A stretch of 62,935 nucleotides of DNA, the filler included, from Folioceros fuciformis (taxonomy: Eukaryota), in assembly GCA_049999805.1 (NCBI GenBank). It is 12 parts of 12 records of this genome, joined end to end, with 100 filler letters (N's around TTAATTAATTAA, not from the genome) between each part and the next. Parts side by side here need not be neighbours in the genome. Positions count along the whole stretch, not along the records: positions 21,708 to 36,879 come from JBNGIO010001740.1; 11 more parts are not named here. One strand, 5' to 3'. The translations under genes were made by a program, and so were the position numbers. The notes beneath the pieces were generated by a model. That model was not told the DNA's origin and ran no database searches. It saw only the letters and a list, made by a program, of their open reading frames with translations. Positions 24,560 through 36,979 of the stretch are shown one piece after another (the first letter of the stretch is position 1; each line of letters begins with the position of its first letter).

Positions 24560-26600
24560 GAGGCCTCGAGCTAAGAATAACCTACCATTCAAGATCCAAG
24601 TTTTCATCATCATGCTCACAACTAGGATCAAGTTTTTCCTTTCCATCCTTGACCTCATGTCCTTCAAGGGCAATCTTCAACAAGGTGTTGTGACGTTGCC
24701 TCCACCTTTTGCTAATAGTTTCACATTTGTTTTTCACCAACTTCTCAGCTTGCTGAGATGTCAGCCTATTCCTTTTCTTTGAGTATATGAGTTCATATGT
24801 GCTCTAGGCCCTTTCACAAGGAGAAGAGCTAGAAGGTTGAGACAAGATGTGGATGGCAAGCCTTTGGAGTTGAGGTGTTGATTCCCCATAGTTCTCCCAC
24901 CATAGGGTAGGGTTCATAGACTCTGTTGCCCTATCATATTGCATCTGGCTTGATCCAAATAATCCGCTTTGGGTTATGTACAAGACAAGTTGTTCACGGA
25001 TGACCTATTGTGCGCTAGATCCTGCACCCATGATTGCATCCAAGTATGTATGTAGACTTGACATGATTGTTGCGTTTGTTTTTTTTGTCATCCCCTCCAT
25101 ACTTTGGATCTAAGATTGATAAAGTTGTTCCCACTTCCTATCAATGATTGCCAAAATCTCACTTGTCTTCTCATGCCCCACAACATGCCCCACAACTTGA
25201 GACAAGTCAAACACCTCTTTATGTGCTGCCACCATAGTTGGATAGATTTGCCCCATAACATGATGTGCCCCATCAACATGCCTCAATAACTGTACAAAGG
25301 CTGTAGTGATGGAAAGGACAGCCCTTATTCCTACCCACATACTATCACCATGACGTCCATTTTCACTTGACCTTTAAGCTCTTGAGCTAGAAGGCCTCTA
25401 GGCTTCCCAAGACTTGCTCACCATGGTTTCCTGGAGACTATTCTTCACTTGAACAAAAAACGCTGCAAGTGTATATGATGGATAGCAAATCTACTAGCTA
25501 CAGGCCTCAACAATCTACAATTGAGTGTGTCCAAAACATAGCCAAGGATGTATGATGGGGTGGTGATGAACTGAACCACTTATTGAGCTCGCTGAATGAT
25601 GGGTTGAACCACTTATTGAGCTCGCTGAATGATGGGTTGTATCCAATTGATGCTACTCATTGCTTCCAGGAGTAAGTCGAGGATGTGAGCTGAGTAAGGT
25701 GTGCAAACAATGCCAGGATATTGTGCTTCAATCATCTGTCTAGCAATGCCAGGATATTGTGCTTCAATCATCTGTCTAGCAATGCTAGGATATTGTGCTT
25801 CAATCATCTGTCTAGCACATTTACAATTTTCCAGCAAGTCTGTAACCACTTGAACCACATTCTTACAGCCTACCCCATCAATTGCTTGTTGAAATAGGTT
25901 TGCAAGGTACAAAGCCATTTTCTCACGCCCTGGTGTGTCTTCCACCTCTAAGAAATACATTCCCTTGCCGCAAAGCCACTAACACATTTACCAATAGACA
26001 GTTTTGTTTATTACTCCAACCATCACTCAAGATTGAGCAACCAAATGTCCAAGAGGCTTTGACGTTTTCCAACTTCTCTTTGACTGTGGCCTTTTCCTCG
26101 TTCAGTAGAGTAGCTCACAAAGCGTTGAAGTTTGGGGGCTTATATGAGTTACCTATGTTGGCGATTGCACTGACCATGGCAATGAAGAAGGGAGATCGAG
26201 CAAGGTTGAATGATAACCCGTGTGCATAGAAGCATCTCGCCACAGCTGCATGTACTAGTTTTCTTCGTGGTAGCTCCCATGCCTTCTCCACTGTGGTTTG
26301 CTGAAAACTCGAGCTGCCAAATTGATGTGTTGATGCAACGCATGAAGATATCACCTTCGTCTTTGCTCCATTCAAAAGCTTTTCTTTTACTACACTTGGC
26401 ATTGTGGAGCATGCTCCCACTCCACCTCCTACACTTGTATGGTGACATCTAGCCCTTGTGCTTGTTGCTTGGAAAGACTGAGCACAAAATTTGCATGTGA
26501 CCTTCTTCACTCCAAATGTGCGACCTTCCAAGATCTTGGAAATGCTCCTACACATCTTGAGACGGTAATCGACTCATGGTCCCTAGACAATAAGAAGGTT
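24560..26600 (-). pseudogene. Degenerate hAT-family transposase (BED-like finger, DUF659, hATC dimerisation domain)
   Basis: Fragments VTCKFCAQSF...RARCH, RCFYAHGLSFNLARSPFF...YKPPNFNAL, IDGVGCKNVVQVVTD...AHILDLLLE, and WWENYGESTPQLQRLAIHILSQPSSSSPCER...KKRNRL. Stops, frameshifts and short internal tandem duplications are present (36 bp x3 near 25705-25815; 33 bp x2 near 25572-25637). Confidence 0.88.
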
Positions 26601-27947
26601 CAGAGCATTGCAAGAGGGAGGTGGCCAAAGAAGTTGGTATGCGAACAAGGATGTACATGTAAAAGTAAATAACATTGGTACATATTTTGCACGTATAAAT
26701 ATAAATGTATTCATTTAAAATACAAAATCTAGGTAATTGTGCTTACTAGTCCTCTTCATGGTTTGTCTCGTCCCCATTGTTACTTCCTTCTTCTTCTTCT
26801 TCTTGAGTCTGCTCTCTTGCATGTGATGATGTCCTTGTTGTCACCTTGGTACAAACAAGTGAGCTCTTCCATGCAATCCATCAAGAAGACTTTGCTTCAT
26901 ACCTACATGAGGAAAACAATGCACTTGTACTCCTAGCCAATATTCTGCACTTGGATCTCCCAAAGTATGAAACCAAATTTCAAGTAGCTTTTGCTTGCAA
27001 AGATGTTGCAAAAGAGTACAACATTTTCTTCTTAGTTCCTAATGGTCTCAAAGATGTTGGAAAGAATCACTTTTTAAGTAGTATTTGTTTGGACATTAGG
27101 AGATGCTCATCAAGGTCCTCCTCGGGGAGAGTTACATACAAGCTCTAAGAGAATGGGATAGTCCACATGGCTTCCATCTCCGGAGCCATTTTATGGTCTC
27201 ACAAGTCAATGCAAGTAGAACTAGGAATAAATGTCGGCAAAGTTTGCTACAAGATTGGAACACTAATTTTATCCATCCAAGGCCTCTTGAGTGCAAGGGG
27301 TGCGTATTGGAATCCACAAGGGTTACAAGGAATGTTATTTTAATAGGTGTTCGTGACGTAGAAAACTCTTAACCTTCTTGTCTTAGGATGTGAGGTATGC
27401 CTGTGGCGGTCTCTATACCCTGCAGGGTAGTGTGACCGCCCATGTCTCTTTGCTGGCTTTCTCGATGCTTGAAACATGATCCAGATTTGATTGTTATTTA
27501 TCTATTCTGTACCAAGTAGAGGTATTTCTTTTAAAGGTCTTGTGACTCATGGACATGGAGGAGGCACGTGCATGGATCTCAGCTGGCCAATGCACTTGTA
27601 GAATCCGCACAGTTTTCGAATACAGCGCGCTGAGCTGAAACGATCCAGGCTGCTGCTGCGGTCTTGGATTGTGGCTTACTAGCCTCTTCGGATGTATCGC
27701 GGGGTGGAAAACCAAGATTCTGTGAATACGGTTGGAGCGCTCGGTTGTGGAGGTGGATGATTTTTTGTGATCGATGGATCAGGCTCCAGAGCCGCGGCTT
27801 TGTCATCTGAAAGCTCTCAGATGACAAAAAAACGTACAAGCTGCTATCGAGGGATGGCAATCGGCGAAGGATACCAAGAACAAAATTAGGTCAAGGGCGT
27901 GCGGTTTGCACTCTGGAAGAAGCAGACTGCATTTACGTTAGACGGGC

Positions 27948-29114
27948 ATGAGTTCCAGTGGAGCCAGTCCAGAGAAGCTTCAGGAGTACAGGGTAGTGGT
28001 CCCCTGTCTGCCTCTCTACGATTCCCCGCTCTGCACCCGCCTGGGAACACAAGCATGGGAAGGCCGTCACCTGGCTGTTGTGACGAACTCCTCTGGTGAC
28101 ACCCGCACTAGCCGCTCGGTTGAGCTGCCGCATCTGTCCAGGTCACAAGCCCTAACCCCAGGCCCCTCTTGAATTACGTCTCGGTCGTATTGACTTGGCC
28201 ACGGCATCTAAAGCCTGTCACGGAGAATGAGAATGAAGTGTGTGCTACTTTCAGGTCCCCGATCGAGGTGATTCTTTGTGAAGACGGTTACCAGTGTTGG
28301 TTGGCCCCGGAGGACCTGGATGCCATCGTTCCAGTCCCTCACCACCTGCATTACCGGGCACAATTGCTTCCAGAGAAGGAAGTGAGGTTGAGGACCGCCC
28401 TTGTCATAGACTTCGTCATGGTGGCGGATAAAACTGAAAACAGCTATCTCTGGGGAGGGACTTGCGGACCTAACTATGACTGCAGTGGATTAGGTGATTT
28501 TTGGATGAGCCTTCTCTGCACGCTGCTTCCATCGGATTTCAGTCTTGCTGATGATATGGGTCTAGTCGTGTGCACTTGGCAGTTCGAAGAGCGTTTGAAG
28601 CCGCTGGGATTTGGGTGCCGAGGGATGCTTACCAGCAGGTGATGGTTTGGATTACGGGGCTGCTTGCATCCTGGACTTCCCTCTGCCCCCGCCCTGAAAT
28701 GAGTTTCTTGCTCTTGTTCAGGAGGGTTTTGCGCAACGGGTGCCGAACAGCGACGTGCACACTGGCGATCTAGTATTGCTGCTACTTTCTTCGCACCTTC
28801 AGTAACGAGGACTGGACATTATTATTATTCGCTGAACCTAGAGTATGGTGCAGGTCTTCTTCGGTAGTAGCAAAGCAACTCACGTCGGTATCATTTTGGA
28901 TGACGCGCTGCCTGAGGCCCAGAAGAATAACTCCGCGTTATACGGCCCCGAACGTCTGCCTCCTGTAAGGTTCTTACACAGCTCTGGCAAGGAATATGGG
29001 CATGGAAGGATCGAGGTGGATAATCTGGGCCTGCCACGGGGTCCTGTCGCCATGTATTACTGTTCCCTGTACAGGGGAGCTGGAAGGGTGTTGCAAGTCT
29101 TCTCCCTTCAGTAG
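27948..29114 (+). CDS. Cyanobacterial-type SH3b + NlpC/P60 peptidoglycan peptidase, 266 aa. Exons 27948-28141, 28255-28493, 28583-28638, 28722-28772, 28854-29114
   Basis: Four phase-compatible GT-AG introns (113, 89, 83, 81 bp). Spliced protein: LPLYDSPLCTRLGTQAWEGRHL...EVILCEDGYQCWL...YLWGGTCGPNYDCSGLVRRAFEAAGIWVPRDAYQQEGF...GDLVFFGSSKATHVGI...FLHSSGKEYG. Confidence 0.9.
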
Positions 29115-29564
29115 GACTCGTGCACAAGTGAATCCTTAGAGCCTATCACGAAGAAATCTATACCACAACAGCCACATTACCCAAACGAGCTAACGAGTTA
29201 CTCCTTCACACGTCAGCCAAACTGCCATTGACGAACATCTCAATGAGGCAACTGCCTGACGATAGTCAGAAGAAACCGACAACTTCGGACAAAACGTCAG
29301 GACTCATATTTCCCTGCTTCGTCTAACAGAGCTTGGCAACCGCCTGTACAGGTAACAAAACATTGTGGGAACATCTGAAACAAATGTAGGCGACCGCTAC
29401 CTAAGCTTGGCATGCTGCTCTCATAATTCCGTGAGTGCAAGTTGCCTGCACTTTTCCACTCCCAAGGAAGTGGACCCACCGTTTCCGTGGGATTCCCTGG
29501 AACAGCCCGCCTGATAGGCCGTCCACCTCATGACCCCCCCCTGTCATCTGAGAAAAAATTTGAC

Positions 29565-30812
29565 TCAGATTTTCCTCCTCTTCAAAATCATTAGCTTGTC
29601 ATCGACGCTCCCTGGATTTATCTGCAACAAACATAGCATCAGTCAGTGTAGGTTGCTGTGGGAAGTCGACGGCTCCAGTGCAGGCACGATAACGCAAACC
29701 ACGTTGGCAATGGTCATCCCGGCAGCGCTAATTAAATAACCGAAAGCAGCAACCTTCAAGTACCTTGTCTTCTGCAACTAGTAGAATCTGTCTGACTTCA
29801 TCGTCTTCTGTGAGGTCGGCTGGGGTCTGCAGAGGAAACGACTCATGTAAGTTAGCGCTACGGCTCTCGTGAAGTCCACTGTACAAATGGCACGTCGATC
29901 GAGACTGTGCCCGGAAACAAAGGTGCAACCTGATAGGAGTTATTCTTCAAATTCGGCAAAGCTCCGTGATTTAACAATTGGCGCACGACATCCGCATGGT
30001 CACCCCGTGCGGCATGATGCAGGGGCTGCATGCACACCCACAAAATGTTTTATGTGCAATTGCACAGAAGAACCTGCGTCAAAGAAGATAAGGGACATGC
30101 TCCAAGGTCCGTTGCACAAACCGTGTCGCCGTCTGTATCGGTGGCTTGCAAAACCCGTTTGAGCTCCTCCTGGCTCTTCGTAGCTCTCAACAACATCTGA
30201 ACAATTCCATCGAACCCTGCACTCCCCAAAGCACCCGCCCTGATCACAAAGCCGGAATTCATACAGCCCACAGACCTTCGATCCGATACTTAACCAGCGT
30301 GAACAAGGACAACTCACCCCCAGCAGCGGCATCATGCAAAGGCAGAGCCCCATCCTCATCCCTAACGTCCACGCTTGCTCCAGCTGCTAAAAGAAGCTGC
30401 AGGTCACCAGTCATTCTAGCCTGACCACCTTCCCCGCCCAGCTCCAAACTTAAACCATTTCAATACCTGTGCACAAGGCATATGGCCGTAGAGACATGCG
30501 AGATGCAGTGCTGTATCACGGTCCTCGCCATACGAATCAACGGCTACTGTCAATCTTCCTGCAGACAGAACCAAATTCTGCCTTCAACACACAGAACGGA
30601 CCGGAACGCCATCAGATCGAACAATCGGTGCAGAACTCAAGACCCCAACCTAACGCCCGGGACAAGCTCTCCGTGTTGCCAGCCTCAGCAGCAGAGAGAA
30701 CAGCTTGCAGGTCCTCAGGAACCTCCACGGCATCATCTCCAAAATTCCCAGTCCATTCATCATTTTCCCCGTTCTCCCTCCCACCTACGCCAGAAGGCTG
30801 TGGAACAGCCAT
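29565..30812 (-). CDS. Small multi-exon ankyrin-repeat protein
   Basis: Exons encode SAAEAGNTESL, DTALHLACLYGHMPCAQ, LLLAAGASVDVRDEDGALPLHDAAAGG, PLHHAARGDHADVVRQLL and TPADLT. Inferred last exon is 29621-29565. Confidence 0.85.
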
Positions 30813-32071
<1,259 letters not shown>

Positions 32072-32686
32072 ACATTCCGATGTGCAGCTTACACATCAGA
32101 ATAATTTTGATCTGAGTACCTACAAGCGGTGCATCGAAATGTCGTGCGACATAGTCGTTTTGTTGTTGAACAGAGTTTTTGTTGGAACTGTTTTTTTCAG
32201 ACATCTGACAATTTAGGCACTCAGACCCGTCAAGAATTGGGTGCCAAAGAAGTGGGTGTGTGATCACCCCGTGATTTATCTGTACTAGAGTTCGATTCCG
32301 ATTCCGATTCCGATTCCGATTCCTCCAAGTTGCAGCGGGCTGAGCTGCGCCAGTCCCAGCTCCAGCCCCTACACTTACTCGTTCTGGATGTACTGAGACT
32401 TGGGTTTAAACCCTCATGGCTTTCGTTTTTCGTTTGCCGCGGCAAGTTTCCTTCGTATCGATCCATTTGACAGTCCATCGATACTGGGACCTTGTTGGCG
32501 ACTTGTCACATAATCTATACCATGTGCGAACATTGAAGCACATATTTGCTATGGCCGTCTGTCTTCGAGAAAACACTGGCTGCGCTATGCGTGTGGGCTT
32601 CATGTTCTTAAGTTCGAGTTCACGGCCGTCGGAACCTGTTTAAACACATTCGAATTTAGAATACAGCTGAAGTCCGCTTACTGCCC

Positions 32687-35370
32687 ATGCTGGACCAGAA
32701 ATCGCTCACAGCAGTAGGGGATTGGAAATGGGGATCGTATCACAGTGTACAAGGTAGCAGTTGCTGGCCAGTCCAGGCCGGAGACGAGAGCGATGCCGCC
32801 ACTGCGGGTCGTGAAGCTGTACGAAATTGCGCCAAGTTCCCCGATGTCCAGGATGCCAGCGCCTTCATCTGCTATCTTCTCATCCACAATGAAGATGTTC
32901 TAGAATTCACGCCGCCCACTCCGGGGGAGCGGCAGATGGAGTGGCTGGCCCTGCTTCTCCAAGAGGGTCCCTCGTGCTGAAGTACTTCGGTGTGCAGAGA
33001 GGAGTGTGAGATCGAAATCCACAAACGCCTTCATCTTTGCTTCCCGATTCCGGAATTACGCAGGTGAGATGCTGGTGTTGGTCCTGATGGGTGTCTGGAT
33101 GCCCCGAGGAGAGGGTGCAGGGAGAGACTTGGAAGGAGAGTCTGGACAGTCAAACGATCTCTCGGTTCCGGTTCCTCTCAGAAGCAGAAGTTAGATTGAT
33201 ACACTGATTGTGTCAATTCAGCAGCGCTGAGCAGACAACGTCTGGTCGCAGCTTGGCCATGAGACTATTGTCCTTCAAAGTTCCATGAAGTTGTCCCCGG
33301 ATCCCACGATTGATTGTCCAAGTTACAACTCCCTGGAGCACTGTACACCGAGGTACTTAATGCTCAAGCCCGTGCTGCGAATTGAAATGGATGAAAGCTT
33401 GTCAGTTTTTGCTGATGCTTGTCCTCTTGGGCAGTCGGAGGTCCAGGAAGGCGAGGCTGTCTCAGCAGCTGTCTGAAGAGAGCGTCCCCAGCAAGATCAT
33501 GATAAAAGTTGCCAGGGACGTGTTTCTGGAACCCACTGCCTGTACCTAGGATGGGCAAGCTGCTTAGCAGAGTGAGGACTACTGCTTGAAAGAATTCTCT
33601 TAATAGAACCTGGAGAATCCTGTCCTCCCGTCATTCCTATGCAGTCCTGCAGGAGAACCTTGATACCAGGCCCGATGTGAGGGACACATGGAAGGTGGTA
33701 TAATGGATGTGGAAACTCCTTTCATACAGAAAAGACTTCGTGAAATGGTGAGAGAACGTCTGAAGTCCTACTTCAAATGCAAAGTCCCACTTCCAGGCAG
33801 CTATATTCTGAAGGGATGCCCAGATCCCACGGCTCTGCTTGAGCGAGACCAAGTGGCAATTGTGCTGTGAGTCCTCAACTACTCTCTTGTGGTTCCTGTT
33901 AATTGCACTCAGCTTAGAGCATGCTGACGCGGCTTCTGCAGAGCGAACCCAGATGTTGTGAAGGGTGATAGTCTACAGGTACCCAGGCATTCATGAGGGG
34001 AATCCTCATTTCTTTCAAGCTGTGTATCCTGAAGGCTTGCTGAGCATATATTATCGGAAACGGTCGGTATGGGATTTTCTTCTCAACCAAGGGCCCACGC
34101 TCTGTTGTAGATGAAATGGCAGGAGGTGATACGGACGCGGACGACTTCCTCCTCATTCAAAATCCAGAGTTGAGGAAGCGAGTGAGGCATTCAGATTCAG
34201 TCTTTGTAGAAAGCGCAGGCCCTTGGCCTTGCGTTTCAACTTATTCGGTGTGTCGCAAATTGTGGATTCAGTTTTTGGCTAGCTATCCCTGGTTGGCTCC
34301 AATTATCACTTCTTCAGATGGTAACGAGAAACCGAAGCTGGCTCCTGATAATCCTGAGGTGGCTGAACTTCAGCATTTCGAAATAGCTTTGAAAGCCGTC
34401 TTCAGTCCCGGACCGAAATAGGTGCTCAATGCACTTCTTCTGTTCAGCACCGCTTCCGATGCCTGACGAGTGACGTTGCCCTCCGTTGCACTCTTTGTAT
34501 GGCATCCAAGAAGTGGCTTTCTACCCAAGATACAAGCATAGAGAACCTTATCTCTGGAAGTGATTGTGAAGAACATGACCAACACATCCGACATCAACTA
34601 GAAGAAAAGTGTTTAACGCTTGCCGGGCTAAGCTACAAAGCTGTTGACGCACACAAGCGAGGATTAAACGTGTGCGAGATACTCTGTTGTATGCTACTTC
34701 CTACTTTTGCGAGTGGCCTGTTCCCTTTTCATTTCATTGCACAAGGGCTTCGGAAAGTTGCAGGTCTTCCATTCAGTGGAGCCGTTCCTGAAGTGGACAA
34801 CACGTTTCACTACCTCTTCATGCCGCGGTTGTTTTGAAGTGGGACAAACTGCATCCAGCTTGTGGAGTACTCTTAGAAGGCATCGGCATCTGTTATTTTT
34901 AACAAAACAGCATTAAGCATTGAGGAAAACGTAGCAAAATTTGAAGAGCGCTACACATTTCACAGAAACGTGAGTACGCGAGTTTTGAGTTGCAAATTGT
35001 CCACAGACCAGATCAGAAGTCCGGCCTCACATCTGTTGCAGGAATTGTATGGGAGCGCCCATCATGGAGAAGGAACGAAGAACGCTGAGCTCATTGTGCG
35101 GGAAGCAGTAGCTGTGTGTCTCGTGGTGCTTCAGCGGGAAGACAAAAAAGAGGGGGAAAGGGAGAAGGCCCGCGGGGCAACGTCGTGAAGAAAGCTGAGG
35201 TTTGCTTGGCGTGTAGCGGTTGATGCTCTCACGTCCATTGAAGCAGGGGAAGATGCGAACGACTTCGTTGGAACGTACGGAATCACAAACCTGAAGACCG
35301 AGAAGCACATGGACAAGGAGGGGAGAGGGCAATTGCTCCAATGTAAAAGACACTATGAAACGCTTTTGAG
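32687..35370 (+). pseudogene. RDR-gamma (RDR3/4/5-like) RNA-dependent RNA polymerase, disrupted and N-terminally incomplete
   Basis: Segments ETPFIQKRL...KVPLPGSYILKGCPDPTALLERDQVAIVL, VIVYRYPGIHEG, GIFFSTKGPRSVVDEMAGGDTDADDF, YKAVDAHKRG and FAWRVAVDAL. In-frame TGA near 33959 and at 35186, plus a frameshift near 34045. Confidence 0.75.
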
Positions 35371-35566
35371 CTTCATCATTCACATCACAAACAGGCTGTG
35401 TACATTGCTCAACTGTTGCGACATACTGTACAGAGGGAACTGAGCGAACTAAAGAGCTCAGTCCTGAAATCAGAAAACCGGACAAGACCTGGTTCGCAAG
35501 CTGGCGTGGTTTCCTTCCAGTGGAGCACGTTTCAGCAGGCTGCCCCCGGAATGTGGACGGAACTGT

Positions 35567-36879
35567 CTAGTTCCCGGGCACGAACTTGGTAGCATAGGCC
35601 CAGGCATTGTTGTTGGCGGGGTCGGCAAGGTGGTCGAGGAGGTTCTCAATGGGGCCTTTGCCAGTCACAATGGCCTGAACGAAGAATCCCAAGGCAGAGA
35701 ACTGCGCCAGCCTGCCGTTCTTGATCTCCTTCACCTTGAGATCGGCAAAGACATCGGGGTCGTCGGCCAGGCCCAGAGGATCGAATGCACCACCGGGGTA
35801 CAGAGGGTCTGTCACCTCGCCCAAGGGACCACCTGCAATGCGGTAACCCTCCACAGCGCCGATGAGGATCACCTGGGCAGCCAACACCGCCAGAATACTC
35901 TGTGCGTGAATCAGAGACGGGTTGCCCAGGTAGTTGAGCCCCTCGTCGGAAAAGATGACAGCGCCTGCCTTGAACCACACTGGCTCCTGGATTGGCACCC
36001 CGTTGAGAGCCAAAATCTCAGGGGTCACGATTCCCAGGGTTCCCAAGAGGGCCCAGCGGGAGTGGATCACCTCCAGCTCCCTGTTCCGGGCGAAGGTCTC
36101 GGGGTCGGCCGACAGACCAGCCGTGTCCCAGCCGTAGTCGCCAGGGAACTCGCCCTTCAGGTAGCTTGGGGGTTCGCCGGAGAACGGGCCTAGGTACTTG
36201 GGCCTGTCTGGGCCGTACCTGCGCAGCACAATCCGTGCTTCTTTCTTAGATCACGCTGAATGACGCCAATCACCTAAGAACAAACATAGGCTCGACGCTC
36301 CCGAAAAAACTTCTGTATTGAGTTCCAGGTGGGAGGGAAGACAAATGCACTGCATTGAGGAGAAATCTTAGAGTTCTTGTCTGGGATAGAGTCTGATGGA
36401 GACGAAGAGAGCAGAGGCCATTGCAGAGAGCTTGCAGGAACAAGTTAGTTCCGAAATCAAGATTCGTGCGTCCAATAATGGACATAACTCGACACTTGTG
36501 TCCACACAACTTCAATGCAAGGTTCCCGGTGGAGGGACGAAATGCAGTATCTTGAGAAGTAAAGCAATCCGAATATAATGCATACACAGACAAATTCTAT
36601 GCAGCGTGCGCACATCCGGGCACAAGCCAATCAGGACAAACAAGGCAATGAAACAGAGAATCCTTAGCAAGGACGCGAACAAGAAATTCGATAGAACGAC
36701 CGTGAGCAAAGTAGAGAATCATTGCGCGGAGTCTAGGATGTCTTAGGATGAATGAATAGGGTAACTTCCCTGCAGTGCAATGCACAATTGAGCAAACAGA
36801 GGAGCAAGAAAGCAGGGCTACCAGATACTGTCAGGCTTGGTGCTGGCTGTCTTCCTCATGGTGATCCTCGACTCCACGG
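35567..36879 (-). CDS. Lhcb: Major LHCII chlorophyll a/b-binding protein (Lhcb1/2/LhcbM-like); transit peptide cut by the gap. Exons >36879-36822 and 36218-35567
   Basis: [28 protein letters not shown]...ELEVIHSRW...[11 protein letters not shown]...FVPGN; 603-bp GT-AG intron inside the Trp codon. Confidence 0.96.
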
Positions 36880-36979
36880 NNNNNNNNNNNNNNNNNNNNN
36901 NNNNNNNNNNNNNNNNNNNNNNNTTAATTAATTAANNNNNNNNNNNNNNNNNNNNNNNNNNNNNNNNNNNNNNNNNNNN

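Noticed and set aside
27948-29114. Bacterial contamination as the source of the NlpC/P60 sequence
   Set aside because: Four spliceosomal introns and contiguity with plant RPL10, ankyrin and Lhcb genes in one contig.
36395-36405. GAGAC (sulfur-response core) in the Lhcb intron
   Set aside because: A 5-mer is expected by chance in 600 bp; not evidence without functional data.
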